From positions 1,052,268-1,116,267 of the forward strand of contig KV454016.1 of assembly GCA_001661245.1 (NCBI GenBank): a DNA stretch of 64,000 nucleotides, in the 5' to 3' direction. Under the pieces are notes generated by a model, which was not told the DNA's origin, did no database searches, and saw only the letters and a list, made by a program, of their open reading frames with translations. Source of the DNA: Pachysolen tannophilus NRRL Y-2460 (taxonomy: Eukaryota). Each line of letters starts with the position of its first letter. The stretch's first letter is position 1. The position numbers and the translations under genes are program-made. This document shows, piece by piece, positions 19,608 to 28,956 of the stretch.

Positions 19608-22229
19608 ATGAAGTTTTCTCATTCGCTTCAATTCAATGCGGTGCCGGAATGGTCATCCAAATATATTGCTTATTCATCATTAAAGAAAACAATTTATCAA
19701 TTACAACGAGAGAATTTGAATAATGGATTTGGTGATAGGTATGATCCAGAACAACAACCTTTAAATCATTCTTTACTGATTGATAATCATATGACAGAAG
19801 ATGATAAAAATCCAATTAAAATTTTTACAAATGCTCTTGATACAGAATTACAAAAAATTGATTTATTTTACAAAAATAAAGAAGCTGAAATTTATACAGA
19901 TTGTCAAATTTTATTAGATGATATCGATGATTTTGAAAGAACAAATAAGAATGATGATGAGAATAGCATGAATGCAGGTTATGATGGATCTTCCAATAGA
20001 AGAAGTATAAGACTGTTGATTGCAACAATTCAACCAGTTTTGAGTAATAATTCAAGTCAACTGGTTTTAAAATCTTCTACTATAGATAATCCTTCAAATG
20101 AAATTGCAAATGGTGGTAGCAATAATAATAATAATAATAATTTGGTTCATGTGCTTTCTAATTCTAGTTTGCAAAATAGTAATTATAACGAAAATTCAGA
20201 AATGTCATATACTCTTGATTCAGATGATGATGATTTATTAAATCATCGTAATAATCGTAAAATTACAAATCAAAGATCAGATATACTTGAAGATTCTGAT
20301 TTTGATGTGGATTTCTTACGTAGAGTGGCATTATCAACAAGAAAAAGAACAATTGATTTGTTTGTTAAATTATCAGAATTAAAATCATATATTGAATTAA
20401 ATAAAATTGGTTTCACTAAAGCTTTGAAAAAATTTGATAAATCTTTAAATGTTAAATTAAGAAATGAATATTTAAGTCAATTACCTTTAAAATCTTATAT
20501 TTTCCAAGAATCTACATTAAAAAATTTAAATGATAAAATTCATTCAATAGTTAAAATTTATGCATTTTTTTTCACTAGAAGAAATAATCTCCCCATTGCA
20601 GAAAATGAATTAAGAAGTCATTTAAGAGAACATGTTGTTTGGGATAGAGATACAGTTTGGAGAGAAATGATTGGATTAGAAAGAAAAACTCATTCGGCAA
20701 ATGTTGATACTACTGCATCAGGTAACCGAGTCTTAATAGGTGATGAGGGAAATATTTTAAAAGAAACTCCACAAGAAAAAATCAATATTAATATATGTAG
20801 TAAAACTTTTACTATCCCAAAATTTTTAGTTTCTTCAAATGCTATTAAAGGTTATATTATTGCATTCATTACTGTGGTATTATTATTTATTTCACCTTTT
20901 GAAGATAAAGAACAACAAAAATGTTTTTCCATTTTAGTCTGTGCTTCTTTATTATGGGCAACTGAGACAATCCCATTATTTATTACTTCATTATTAGTGC
21001 CATTGTTAATTGTTACCTTCGGTGTTTTGAAAGATCCAGATACATATGAGCCTCTCTCAGCAACTGAAGCATCAAAATATGTTTTTAGTACTATGTGGTC
21101 ATCTGTTATAATGTTATTGGTCGGTGGTTTCACACTTGCAGCAGCATTATCAAAGTATAATATTGCTAAAGTTGTTTCTACTTGGGTACTATCAAAGGCT
21201 GGAACTAACCCTAAAATTATGTTATTAACAATTATGTCAGTAGCTTTATTTGCATCCATGTGGGTTTCTAATGTTGCTGCTCCTGTCTTATGTTTTTCCA
21301 TAATTCAACCATTATTAAGAACTTTACCTAAAAATTCAGAATTTTCTAAAGCTTTAATATTAGGGATAGCTTTATCTTCAAATATCGGTGGTATGGCATC
21401 CCCCATAGCTTCTCCACAAAATGTTATTGCCATTGGTTATATGGATCCAAGTCCTTCATGGGGACAATGGTTTGTCATTGCATTACCAGTATGTGCAATA
21501 TCATTAGTGCTGATTTGGATGTTTTTAATAGTTACAATGAGAGCAGGTAAAGGCGTGAATTTAGTTCCTATTAGAGTTAGTGATGATAAGTTTACCTCCA
21601 CACAATGGTATATTAGTTTCGTTACTATACTAACCATTATACTTTGGTGTTTTGCTTCAAAATTGGAATCTGTATTTGGTGAAATGGGGATGATTGCAAT
21701 TATACCGTTGTTATTGTTTTATGGACCTGGGTTTTTAACCACAGATGATATTAACAATTATCCTTGGAATATTGTCATTTTGGCAATGGGAGGCATAGCT
21801 TTAGGTAAGGCTGTGTCTTCATCAGGGTTATTGCAAACCATCGCGTTAGGTATACGTGCACATGTTGAGCATTTCCAACTTTACTCAATAATGTTAATAT
21901 TTGGATTATTGATTCTTACAGTCGCTACTTTTGTTTCCCACACAGTTGCTGCATTGATTATAATTCCTTTAATTCAAGAAATTGGAAATACACTCCCTGA
22001 TCCTCATCCGCGTTTATTGGTTATGGCTAGTACATTACTATGTTCCGCTGCGATGGGATTACCTACTTCTGGATTTCCAAATGTTACTGCCATTTGTATG
22101 GTAGATGATGTTGGCGTTCCGTATTTAACTGTAGGGAAATTTATTACTAGAGGTGTTCCAAGTTCCTTTATGGCTTACTTGGTAATTGTTACGTTTGGTT
22201 TTGGGATTATGAAATTAATAGGTTTTTAG
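19608..22229 (+). CDS. PHO91: SPX-domain low-affinity phosphate transporter (SLC13/CitMHS type)
   Basis: MKFSHSLQFNAVPEW...YIAYSSLKK SPX start; SNIGGMASPIASPQN and SGFPN motifs; adjacent to URK1. Confidence 0.9.
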   Translation: MKFSHSLQFNAVPEWSSKYIAYSSLKKTIYQLQRENLNNGFGDRYDPEQQPLNHSLLIDNHMTEDDKNPIKIFTNALDTELQKIDLFYKNKEAEIYTDCQILLDDIDDFERTNKNDDENSMNAGYDGSSNRRSIRLLIATIQPVLSNNSSQLVLKSSTIDNPSNEIANGGSNNNNNNNLVHVLSNSSLQNSNYNENSEMSYTLDSDDDDLLNHRNNRKITNQRSDILEDSDFDVDFLRRVALSTRKRTIDLFVKLSELKSYIELNKIGFTKALKKFDKSLNVKLRNEYLSQLPLKSYIFQESTLKNLNDKIHSIVKIYAFFFTRRNNLPIAENELRSHLREHVVWDRDTVWREMIGLERKTHSANVDTTASGNRVLIGDEGNILKETPQEKININICSKTFTIPKFLVSSNAIKGYIIAFITVVLLFISPFEDKEQQKCFSILVCASLLWATETIPLFITSLLVPLLIVTFGVLKDPDTYEPLSATEASKYVFSTMWSSVIMLLVGGFTLAAALSKYNIAKVVSTWVLSKAGTNPKIMLLTIMSVALFASMWVSNVAAPVLCFSIIQPLLRTLPKNSEFSKALILGIALSSNIGGMASPIASPQNVIAIGYMDPSPSWGQWFVIALPVCAISLVLIWMFLIVTMRAGKGVNLVPIRVSDDKFTSTQWYISFVTILTIILWCFASKLESVFGEMGMIAIIPLLLFYGPGFLTTDDINNYPWNIVILAMGGIALGKAVSSSGLLQTIALGIRAHVEHFQLYSIMLIFGLLILTVATFVSHTVAALIIIPLIQEIGNTLPDPHPRLLVMASTLLCSAAMGLPTSGFPNVTAICMVDDVGVPYLTVGKFITRGVPSSFMAYLVIVTFGFGIMKLIGF

Positions 22230-22521
22230 ACTGAAATACTGAGCCAAATACCCATAACTTACATATTATACCATTTAGACTTATTTAAAAGATACAATTA
22301 TTTTTTCAAATTTAAAAAGAGAAATTTAACTAAACTAATTACAATAGTTCATCATATAATTAACTTACTTGCAACTACATTTGCATATAATAAACGGAGT
22401 ACTTTAAAGTGGTAACTGGCTCTTTGATTATTTATTTGAAAGCATTTTAAACTAAAAGACAGAAATAATTTGAAACAATTTTAATAAATTACAACATTTT
22501 AATCAAAAAAATAGTTTGAAA

Positions 22522-24216
22522 CTAACTAGTTCCAAAATAAACATTATCAACAAACCTCGTCTTAAACCACCAGTCAGAATCGTAGTTTTCTTCTGTGACA
22601 TTTCTATTAATTTCGTTATACGTTTTGATATCTTGCTCTTTCACATTATTATTAGTATCATCATTAGCGGAATCAGCATTATTCAACAGCTTATGATTGA
22701 TACGACTCATTAACCCGACAATTATTTTAACTTCACTAAAGGCATTCAAAATTCTTCTCATACCCATTTCTGTGCATAAATAGCCCACCAATACTATATC
22801 TTGTTGCCTGAGTCCGTGATCTAATAATACCTGGATAGCCATAATGGCAGCAGCACCGCTTATGATTTGGGCATCAAACAACAATATCTTGACATGGTTA
22901 TCATATATGGAAGGAGGTAGAGATTCTGTATGCAACTGCGGTTCACCGGTAAGGGAATCCGATTGAATTAATAATTTTCCTATTGTTACATCTGGCAAAG
23001 TTCTTTTTATGGAGTTCATAAAGCAATCACCGGATCGAATCATATTAATAGCAACTATGGATTCTAGTGGTCTTATACTTTTAACCTCGTAGTTTGTGGG
23101 TGTGGTTATTTTAACAGGAGTATAAGTTAATAAATTTAAAGCATGAGTTAATAATATAGTAGCAATCCTGTCGAAATAAAATATGAACTCATCCCTTCTA
23201 GTTGATTTGTTTAGCAAAATTGTGTTAATACAATTAAGTTGGTTGGTACGGGGCAATCTTATAGCTCTCAGATCATCTAATGGTCTAAAAATTTTTCCCA
23301 ATTTTGAGAGATGCTTCAAATGTTCTTTAGACTTCTTACTCAACTGCTTGGAAATATGATTAATCATCATATTGATTCCAACATGATTATCCGCACCACG
23401 CGGTATTACTAAATCTGCGCTGTCAATGGTCGGCCTAACATATTTAACAGAATTTGGTTTCACAAATGCATTCCATTGTTTTAATATACCTTCTAGATCC
23501 CTACCTCTAGATGCAATATCCCTATTCAACCGTCTTGCTAGACAAATATCCAAATCAGTATCTACGAAGATTTTGGTATCCATCAATTCCAATAACTGTC
23601 GATTGTATAATGCGTAAATACCTTCCACAATAATCACATTGGCACCATATATAGTAACTGTCTTATCTGTTCTGTCGTGGTGCGTGAAAGAATATATAGG
23701 TATTTCAGTTTTTTTGCCTTCTTTCAATGATTTAACACATTCGAATAATAAATCAAGGTCCAATGATGAAGGGTCGTCAAAATCATATTCATTCTTAAAG
23801 ACTCGTTCTCTGTCCTTACCTTTGACGGGTTTGTAAAAATTGTCTAAGGAAAGAAGAATTGTCCACGGTTGGTTAATTTCTTGAATTATCTTAGATGCTA
23901 CTGATGTCTTACCAGAACCTGAACATCCTGCAACACCAATAATGTAAGGCTCACTCCAAGGCGGAATGTATTGTGAATCACTGTGACTAGCATCTTTGGA
24001 ATCTAAATTTTCTAGTATAGATCTTGACCTAGAAGGGCCATCTGGGGAGGAAAAAAAATGACTATGAATTCTCGACTTTCCAAGATCAATATTGTTATTG
24101 AAAAAGGATTCTGATCCGTTATTTGGTGATATCCTGGTACTATGTTGAGAAGAAGTTGAGCTCAAAATACTGGAGGTGCTTGAATTAACACTTATTTGCG
24201 GAGTTTGTGTCGTCAT
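22522..24216 (-). CDS. URK1: Uridine kinase with C-terminal UPRTase-like domain
   Basis: YIPPW.EPYIIGVAGCSGSGKTS P-loop, VIIVEGIYAL and GKLLIQSD motifs. Confidence 0.93.
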   Translation of the reverse strand: MTTQTPQISVNSSTSSILSSTSSQHSTRISPNNGSESFFNNNIDLGKSRIHSHFFSSPDGPSRSRSILENLDSKDASHSDSQYIPPWSEPYIIGVAGCSGSGKTSVASKIIQEINQPWTILLSLDNFYKPVKGKDRERVFKNEYDFDDPSSLDLDLLFECVKSLKEGKKTEIPIYSFTHHDRTDKTVTIYGANVIIVEGIYALYNRQLLELMDTKIFVDTDLDICLARRLNRDIASRGRDLEGILKQWNAFVKPNSVKYVRPTIDSADLVIPRGADNHVGINMMINHISKQLSKKSKEHLKHLSKLGKIFRPLDDLRAIRLPRTNQLNCINTILLNKSTRRDEFIFYFDRIATILLTHALNLLTYTPVKITTPTNYEVKSIRPLESIVAINMIRSGDCFMNSIKRTLPDVTIGKLLIQSDSLTGEPQLHTESLPPSIYDNHVKILLFDAQIISGAAAIMAIQVLLDHGLRQQDIVLVGYLCTEMGMRRILNAFSEVKIIVGLMSRINHKLLNNADSANDDTNNNVKEQDIKTYNEINRNVTEENYDSDWWFKTRFVDNVYFGTS

Positions 24217-24468
24217 TTCTTTCTCCTCTTTTTTTTTTGTTTTCCGCTCACAGACCTAAGACTTTTGAAGTCTGTGATACTGAAAGTTGAAAAGTATGAA
24301 GTGTAATGTAATGTCGTTTTAACTTAATTGTTTTTTTTTTATCTTTTTTTTTTTGTTTTTGTCACTATTTTCTTCTCTAGCGACACGACATATAAACGAG
24401 ACAAAAGACTGTCTATATATAATTCATTAATAGCAAATCGAACTTGGAAATGCAATTGTTTATTTATT

Positions 24469-25311
24469 TCATATTCCAAGGACTGATTTAATTGAATCCA
24501 ATGAAGTTAAGAATTCATTTTTAACATTTTCAATGTAAACTTCAGTTTCTTTTAAAATGTTATCGTATTTTTGAAATTTATAACTTGATCTTGCAGAATC
24601 CAAAGTATAAGAATTTTCTAGCCAGCAATTTCTGTCGTCATCTAATTTTGTTAATTTTTCAACTATTTCTTTTATTGCATTTTCGTACAGTAGGATAATA
24701 TTATCTAATTGTGAATATAGATCTTCAATTTGAAATTTGATTGATTCTGTTTTTAAAGGTGAGTTTTTTTCAATTTCGTTTGTTAGATTTTCCATTCTGG
24801 AAATGAATTTGTTATCAATGATCGAATTATTTGTCTTTCCAATTTGCAATGTAGAATTTTTCAAATTTTCAATTGTAGTAATGAACTCTTTTTTAGAGCA
24901 GTTATTAAATGTAATTGAATGGAAATCATTAAGATTAGTAATTGTCTGAAATTTTTTCGAAACTGAATCATTAAATTCAGTGTCAGATAATGATCTTTTC
25001 TTAGAAGACAGTTTATTATCTCTAACTTGTTGATTTGTTCTTTCCTTATCAGCACTTTCTGATAAGGGGCTTGTTATTGGAGAGTTAAATGTGACTACAG
25101 TACCATTGTGATTAGTACTATGCGCTGTTGAAACATGAGTTCCTGCTGTTGTTGGATTATTTGAAGGCAGAAAGACCGTAGGCTCGGATGGGTTTCCATT
25201 TTCTTTATCTTTAGATGGAGTAATTGCAACAGCGGCTAAGTCATCTTCAAAATCGCCTTGATTACTAGATCCGTAAGTTGAGTTATCAGAACCTCCCTTC
25301 ATCGATGCCAT
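24469..25311 (-). CDS. Hypothetical protein, disordered N-terminus and helical/coiled-coil C-terminus
   Basis: 280-aa ORF with ATG start; no family recognised. Confidence 0.6.
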   Translation of the reverse strand: MASMKGGSDNSTYGSSNQGDFEDDLAAVAITPSKDKENGNPSEPTVFLPSNNPTTAGTHVSTAHSTNHNGTVVTFNSPITSPLSESADKERTNQQVRDNKLSSKKRSLSDTEFNDSVSKKFQTITNLNDFHSITFNNCSKKEFITTIENLKNSTLQIGKTNNSIIDNKFISRMENLTNEIEKNSPLKTESIKFQIEDLYSQLDNIILLYENAIKEIVEKLTKLDDDRNCWLENSYTLDSARSSYKFQKYDNILKETEVYIENVKNEFLTSLDSIKSVLGI

Positions 25312-25775
25312 ATGAAACTATAAAAACGAGCGTCTAAAAAGAAAAAAAAAGAAAAAAACACACCCACACACAAAGAAAGTAAGCTTCTAGTTGAGTTCTT
25401 GTTTGCAAAAAAAGAAATTGTAAGCTGTCATTAGGGATACTAAGTTTATATATAAAATTATCAGGAAAGTTTGATATATAAATATTTTTTTTTCAACTAC
25501 AACATTGCGAATGTTGTAAAAAATTCTTCTATTTAGGGTAAAAAAAAAAACATACGCGATTATGCTATTATACATGTAATGGAACTGATAGAATTGATAG
25601 AACTGATATTGATATTATATTAATAATTTACGAAGAAGTATTGGGAGTATATCTTAGATGGTCTATATCAAAGTATATATTTATACGTCTTGTGTTAAAA
25701 AAATGAATTCTTTCTATTATACAAAGCCTAAAATCAAGAATGAATAAAACTTTTTGTAAAAAAATGGTATTTTCG

Positions 25776-26684
25776 TTAATCAAGACGATCTTTATCTAGT
25801 AAAGGACTTGGTCTTTCTTGTCCAAGTTCTGCATATTTTTTACCAAATATTAAAATGATCAATTTTTCAGTCAATCTGAAGGAATAACTAGCAATGACCA
25901 TTATACCTCCACAAATTGTAATTAATCTAACAATGAATTGAAGAAATGGAATTCTTTTTTCTTCAATTCTCATTTGAATTGGTTCAAAATCATATTTGAA
26001 AAATATTCCAGGAACTCCTTTGTTGAATTCATAAACTCTTGCCTGTTGGGTCATTGCATATTGATTAGTTTCAATAAGAACACCTAATTTCTTATAAAGT
26101 GTTGGAACTACAGAAAGAAAATATTGATAACTCTGTAAATATTCTTTAGTTACTTTCCCTGTTCCATCTAAAGGATTAACCATATATGGGTAAAATGCTC
26201 CAAATGAAAATTCATTTATAACATGAGTGAAATTTAAAGAATCTGTTGGAACAAATGATCTATCACGATAACCATATCCTTTACCTGTGATATGGAAATC
26301 ACCTTTCACTTTAGTCACTGGAATTGAACCAAAGATGTGACATGCCGGAGCTGCCTCATTAACATGCAAATTATTCAACGAAAAATCGGCCAATAAACTT
26401 TCTTGTAACACTTGATCGATTTCAGGTGTAGTGATATCTCTGACTTCATCATTAATTATATAATTCGATGGAATCCTCGGTGGGAAAACTGCTCCTTCAT
26501 AATTTAAAACCTCTGAAGCTAAAGTTCTGTCCTCAGTCATATCTAAAATGTTGGTATGGATGAAATTACATGGCATTGCAACCAACATATCTAGATTAAT
26601 GAATAAATTTCTTTCTATATCACTATCCACATTGAACTGATGATCCACAAACCCATCAATATATCCACCAACTTCAATCCAGAC
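25776..26684 (-). CDS. ERV41: ER-derived vesicle protein Erv41, 3' portion (codons 44-345 of the reconstructed gene)
   Basis: VWIEVGGYIDG..., INLDMLVAMPC, ACHIFGSIPV.KVKGDFHIT, LNFTHVINEFSFG and PGIFFKYDFEPI motifs; has no N-terminus on this strand. Confidence 0.9.
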   Translation of the reverse strand, partial: VWIEVGGYIDGFVDHQFNVDSDIERNLFINLDMLVAMPCNFIHTNILDMTEDRTLASEVLNYEGAVFPPRIPSNYIINDEVRDITTPEIDQVLQESLLADFSLNNLHVNEAAPACHIFGSIPVTKVKGDFHITGKGYGYRDRSFVPTDSLNFTHVINEFSFGAFYPYMVNPLDGTGKVTKEYLQSYQYFLSVVPTLYKKLGVLIETNQYAMTQQARVYEFNKGVPGIFFKYDFEPIQMRIEEKRIPFLQFIVRLITICGGIMVIASYSFRLTEKLIILIFGKKYAELGQERPSPLLDKDRLD

Positions 26685-27079
26685 CAATTGCAAAACAAAA
26701 TATTTCCGTCTCCAAAGTTGGAGAAGATTTTGGGGTTGAGGTCAAATCGAAATTTCAATTTTTGTAGAGAACAGCTCTTAAGTTAAAGTAAAGAACGATT
26801 GTAAAAATAATTCAATTTAATTCAAATAAAAATAGCAGGAAATAGGATTGAAAATGGACTCTTTTTCGAGAAAAGTTAAGTCCTTTGATGCTTTTCGTAA
26901 GTTTGATTTTTTGTTTTTTAGGAGTGTATTATTATTATCGCAATTACTTTTACTTAACTTTTTTTTTTTTTTTTTATTTTTTTCAATTTACAGCTAAGAC
27001 TATATCTCAGAATCAGGTAAGATCCACAAGGGGTAGTTATTCCACTATATTGATGATAACTTCCTTATTCTTCTTTTTG
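26685..27079. other. Inverted 395-bp segment carrying the ERV41 promoter, exon 1, intron and start of exon 2
   Basis: Reverse-complementing the segment joins ...TTC TTT TTG to GTC TGG ATT GAA in frame; 3-bp microhomology CAA (26685-26687) / TTG (27077-27079). Confidence 0.9.
26854..27079 (+). CDS. ERV41: ERV41 5' portion on the opposite strand: exon 1 26854-26896, intron 26897-26993, exon 2 part 26994-27079
   Basis: Spliced translation MDSFSRKVKSFDAF-PKTISQNQVRSTRGSYSTILMITSLFFFL matches the Erv41/Erv46 N-terminal FDAFPK motif; GTAAGT donor, TACTTAAC branch-like motif, TACAG acceptor. Confidence 0.9.
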
Positions 27080-27272
27080 TCTCCAAAAAGGAAACTTAAG
27101 CTTTCCAAAAACGGAGAAATTATTTCTATTATGTAAATGCGCCTAACTAAATTTTAGCTTTAGCTTTTAAAAGAGGGTATTATTCATTTTGTCAAACCTC
27201 TTGAAATCATTAACTTGATCAGCTGGTTAGGCTTTAACTTTTTTTGGAGGTAGTCAAAGAAGGTATTGTACT

Positions 27273-28802
27273 ATGCAAGATATTGGAGATACTGAATTGC
27301 TGAATAGTGAGGTGCGATTTGGGCATAGCATAGAAAATGATTATGAGGAAAGTGATATAAGATCTCAAGAATTGGATTCTATAAAAGCGATATACCCTGA
27401 GGCGGTATTATCCAAGAAGCGTTTCTGTGGCACTGTTGATATAATGGTTGTAACTGATGATCCAGTTACTGTTGTGCTTAAATCTGGTAAAGAACTGAAA
27501 GTTGGTATAGAACTGAAAGAACAACAAATGAAGGAGGTAAAAGCAAAAATTCATTATTTACCTAGTTTAGTTTTTCAATTTAAATTACCTCAAGGATATC
27601 CATATCAATCACCACCTATTATCAGTTTACTTTCGAGCTGGATTCCTTCACTGACAATTGGACATTTGAATTTAGAGCTATTGCGATTATGGGAAAGCTT
27701 TCACGATTTAGTAATTTTTACAATGATTGATTTTTTACAAGAGAAAGCATCAAATTTATTTGATTTGGCTCAAGATAATATTTATTTTACTACATCTAAA
27801 ATGACTTTTGATAACTTTAAAGAATTTGATAAATATTCGATATTACAAAAATTTAATAATGAAACATTTACTTGTGATATTTGTCAAGAAGATAGAAAGG
27901 GGTTATATTGCTCTAAATTTAGTGATTGTGGACATGTTTTCTGTATTCAATGTTTGAGAAATTATTTTGAATCATATATATTGAGCAGCGATATAGATAA
28001 AATTCATTGTCCTGATTTTAATTGTACAAAAAGGTTTACAAACTTGAATTCTGAAATTTTGAAAGAATTAGATAAAGATGATAATTATAAAAGGATTGCA
28101 GAAATTGAAGAAACTTTTTTTATGCCTCCATTATCAAAAAAATTCTTACTCAAAATAATTTCAGAAGAACTTTTCAAAAAATACTTCGATTTATTTATGA
28201 AAAGGCAATTTGACTTATTTGCAAAATATTTTCCGACAAAATCAGTTCAGTGTCCTGATGTTCAATGTCGAAAACAGTTCATTCGTGAAAACCAAGATGA
28301 CTTATTAACAATTTGTCCATCTTGTAAATTTGCATTTTGCTTTAAATGCAAGCATTCATGGCATGGACCGAACAATCTTTGTCGTAACATAGAACTGGAT
28401 GGTATTCCTCAAGAAGAAATATTAATCTGGATTGAAAACGAGTCGGATTCAAAGGCAAGATTGAAACTAAACTACAAATATGGTAAAAAGACAATGGAAC
28501 TAGCATCGAAAGAATATATTTCTGATAAACTATTTGAAGAACTGATAAAAGATCCTCACTCAGATTTACAGAAATGTCCCTTTTGCAGGACAGTTATTCA
28601 AAGATCAGAAGGTTGCAATAAGATGAGATGTTCTCAATGCTTTACAATATTTTGCAATTTATGTGGTCAACAATTGCACCCTTCGGATCCATACGAGCAT
28701 TTTCGGGAAAGAAGCTCTGAATGTTATGGGAAATTATTTGATGGTATGGCGGGAACAGAGGAAGCAGAAATGGACCATGGTTTTCAGTTTTTGGCAATCT
28801 AA
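27273..28802 (+). CDS. ITT1: RWD + RBR (RING-IBR-RING) E3 ubiquitin ligase
   Basis: RWD (ELDSIKAIYP, YPYQSPP), RING1 CDIC..CGHVFCIQC, IBR, RING2 CPFC..IQRSEGCNKMRC; neighbour of ERV41 as in S. cerevisiae. Confidence 0.9.
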   Translation: MQDIGDTELLNSEVRFGHSIENDYEESDIRSQELDSIKAIYPEAVLSKKRFCGTVDIMVVTDDPVTVVLKSGKELKVGIELKEQQMKEVKAKIHYLPSLVFQFKLPQGYPYQSPPIISLLSSWIPSLTIGHLNLELLRLWESFHDLVIFTMIDFLQEKASNLFDLAQDNIYFTTSKMTFDNFKEFDKYSILQKFNNETFTCDICQEDRKGLYCSKFSDCGHVFCIQCLRNYFESYILSSDIDKIHCPDFNCTKRFTNLNSEILKELDKDDNYKRIAEIEETFFMPPLSKKFLLKIISEELFKKYFDLFMKRQFDLFAKYFPTKSVQCPDVQCRKQFIRENQDDLLTICPSCKFAFCFKCKHSWHGPNNLCRNIELDGIPQEEILIWIENESDSKARLKLNYKYGKKTMELASKEYISDKLFEELIKDPHSDLQKCPFCRTVIQRSEGCNKMRCSQCFTIFCNLCGQQLHPSDPYEHFRERSSECYGKLFDGMAGTEEAEMDHGFQFLAI

Positions 28803-28956
28803 ATTATGGAAGAAACATATAGGTTAGGTAAGGGGTATTTTGTATTTATGTTAAAACCTGATTTTTTATTTTCTTTTTTTTTTTAATTTTTTGTATAAAG
28901 CATCATTTCATTAATTCATTACATAAATATCAAGATTAAAATAAAATATAAAAATG

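Noticed and set aside
26885..27136. 83-aa + strand ORF as an independent gene
   Set aside because: It is the ERV41 intron read through into exon 2 and past the inversion junction.
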